From positions 234,460 to 254,459 of the forward strand of contig JBNGIO010006345.1 of assembly GCA_049999805.1 (NCBI GenBank): a DNA stretch of 20,000 bases, in the 5' to 3' direction. Numbering within the stretch: the first letter of the stretch is position 1; each line of letters opens with the position of its first letter. The translations under genes were made by a program, and so were the position numbers. This document shows, in pieces, positions 18,517 to 20,000 of this stretch. Below the pieces are notes generated by a model that was not told the origin of the DNA, did not search any database, and worked only from the letters and a program-made list of their open reading frames with translations. This DNA is from Folioceros fuciformis. Lineage: Eukaryota.

Positions 18517-20000
18517 CTCCCGCTCAGCTCTAGCATCCAGACTTGTAAGAGATGAAGAATCAGATGAGGTTCTGAGGTCCACGAGGCCTAAGGCTGAAGT
18601 GAGTGCTTCATGCTTGGCTTTGCCTAGCGACTTAGTGAGGAGGTCGGCTAAGTTGGACTCTGTAGGAACGTATAAAAGCTTGACAATACCTCTCACTACA
18701 AGCTGCCTCACAAAGTGATAAGCCACTTCTATGTGCTTTGTTCTAGCGTGAAATCTGTCACTCTTGGTTAAAGCAATAGCTGCAGTGCTGTCACAGTGTA
18801 GAACAGTGGGGTCAGCTTGTGGGTAGCCAAGATCTTCAAGGATCTGCCTGCAGTGTACAATTTCTTTTCCGGCCTTGGATAGGGCTCCATATTCGCTTTC
18901 AGCACTAGATGTAGAAATCGTGGCAAGCTTCTTGCTTGACCATGCATGATATAGCTGATCCTCCCAGCGTGAAAACGTAGGCTGCAACACTTCGACGAGC
19001 ATCAGGGTCTGATGCCCAGTCGGCAACAGACCAGCCCTCAAAGTTAAGCACTCCGTTACTTGACCTCTTGTAGGTGATTCCACGGTGAGTTGTGCCCTTC
19101 AAATAACGATAGATTCTCTTCACGCACATCCAGTGTGCCCTGCCAGGATTAGACATGAACTGTGCTACACTAGAGGCAGCATAGGAAATGTCATATCGTG
19201 TCCAACCATGCAAGTAGATAAGACTGCCAACAACGCTAAGGTAAGGGACCTTGGCCATGTCCTCCTTTTCTACCTCAGTTGTGGGGCAGTCAGCTGAGGT
19301 GAGTTTGATTCCAGCTGAAAGTGGTGTTGGGGCAGGCCGGGCGTCTGAGAGCTTGAACCTATCTGGAATTTCAAGTACATACTTTGACTGAAGCAAGGAT
19401 AGAGTGCCTGCCTTTCTATCTCGGCGGATTTGTACACCGAGACTATACTCCAGGGGCCCTATGTCCCTCATCTTGAACTTGGCAGCAAAGCATCTCCTTT
19501 ACATCTGCAAGCAGCTTTCCAGGGTCATTGGTAAACATGATGCAGTCGTCGACATACAGGGCCAACGCCAGGAATTTGTCTCCTCTTCGCAGCAAGTATA
19601 AGTTCTGGTCTGCTAAGGTCTTGACAAAGCCAAATCGAATAAGGTGGCCATCAATCAGCGCGTAGAATTCAGCTGGTGATTGCTTGAGGCCGTACAAGCC
19701 CTTGAGGAGCTTGCAGACCCAGGTAGGTCTCTTGGGGTCAACATACATCGGTGGTTGCTCCATGTAAATCTCCTCCTTTAGTGTGGCATAGAGGAAGGCT
19801 GTCGAAATGTCCAGTTGGTGTACATCAAGGTCGTGCTCAGCTGCAATTGCCAGAAGGAATCTGACAGATTGAGCAGCCACCACGGGTGCATAAATGTTAT
19901 CTCCGTAGTCAAGGCCAGGCCTTTGACTATAGCCCTTGACCACCAGCCTTGCCTTGAGTCTTTCTGTTGTTCCATCGGATTTCAGCTTTCGTTTGAAGGT
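18514..20000 (-). mobile_element. Ty1/copia LTR retrotransposon pol (RT + RNase H), frameshifted, continues beyond the window end
   Basis: RT motifs KARLVVKGYSQ, HQLDISTAFL, LYGLKQS and LYVDD, followed by RNase H motifs ADWASD, S.AESEY, LHCDSTAAI, RTKHIEV.YHF and NLADLLTK. Frameshifts are at ~19488 (extra base) and 18941-18948 (CATG duplication). Confidence 0.97.

Overview
Eukaryotic, land-plant-like genomic window (spliceosomal introns of about 60-180 nt; a non-seed plant is plausible but not provable). It holds one apparently intact two-exon gene, a Core-2/I-branching-type glycosyltransferase (DUF266/BC10-like, minus strand, join 11288-10429 + 10250-9827, 427 aa). It also holds a small ORF with the plant PYHRxCxCxLH motif (16119-15676) and the 3' part of a frameshifted Ty1/copia retrotransposon (RT-RNase H, 18514-20000, minus strand). 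The left ~5.5 kb is a mosaic of decayed minus-strand fragments: two DUF266 pseudogene pieces, a copy of the intact gene's flanks joined across a microhomology with the gene absent, and an intron-containing, internally deleted SART-1/DOT2 pseudogene. The mosaic ends at a CACTA-like terminus. The rest is CpG-poor TE-like relic DNA with many short tandem arrays. There are no prokaryotic features and no CRISPR array. I found no convincing novel biological system. The best leads are the gene-present/gene-absent junction, the possible Pack-CACTA cargo and a candidate TA...TA copia LTR. All family assignments come from manual translation and remembered motifs, not database searches.
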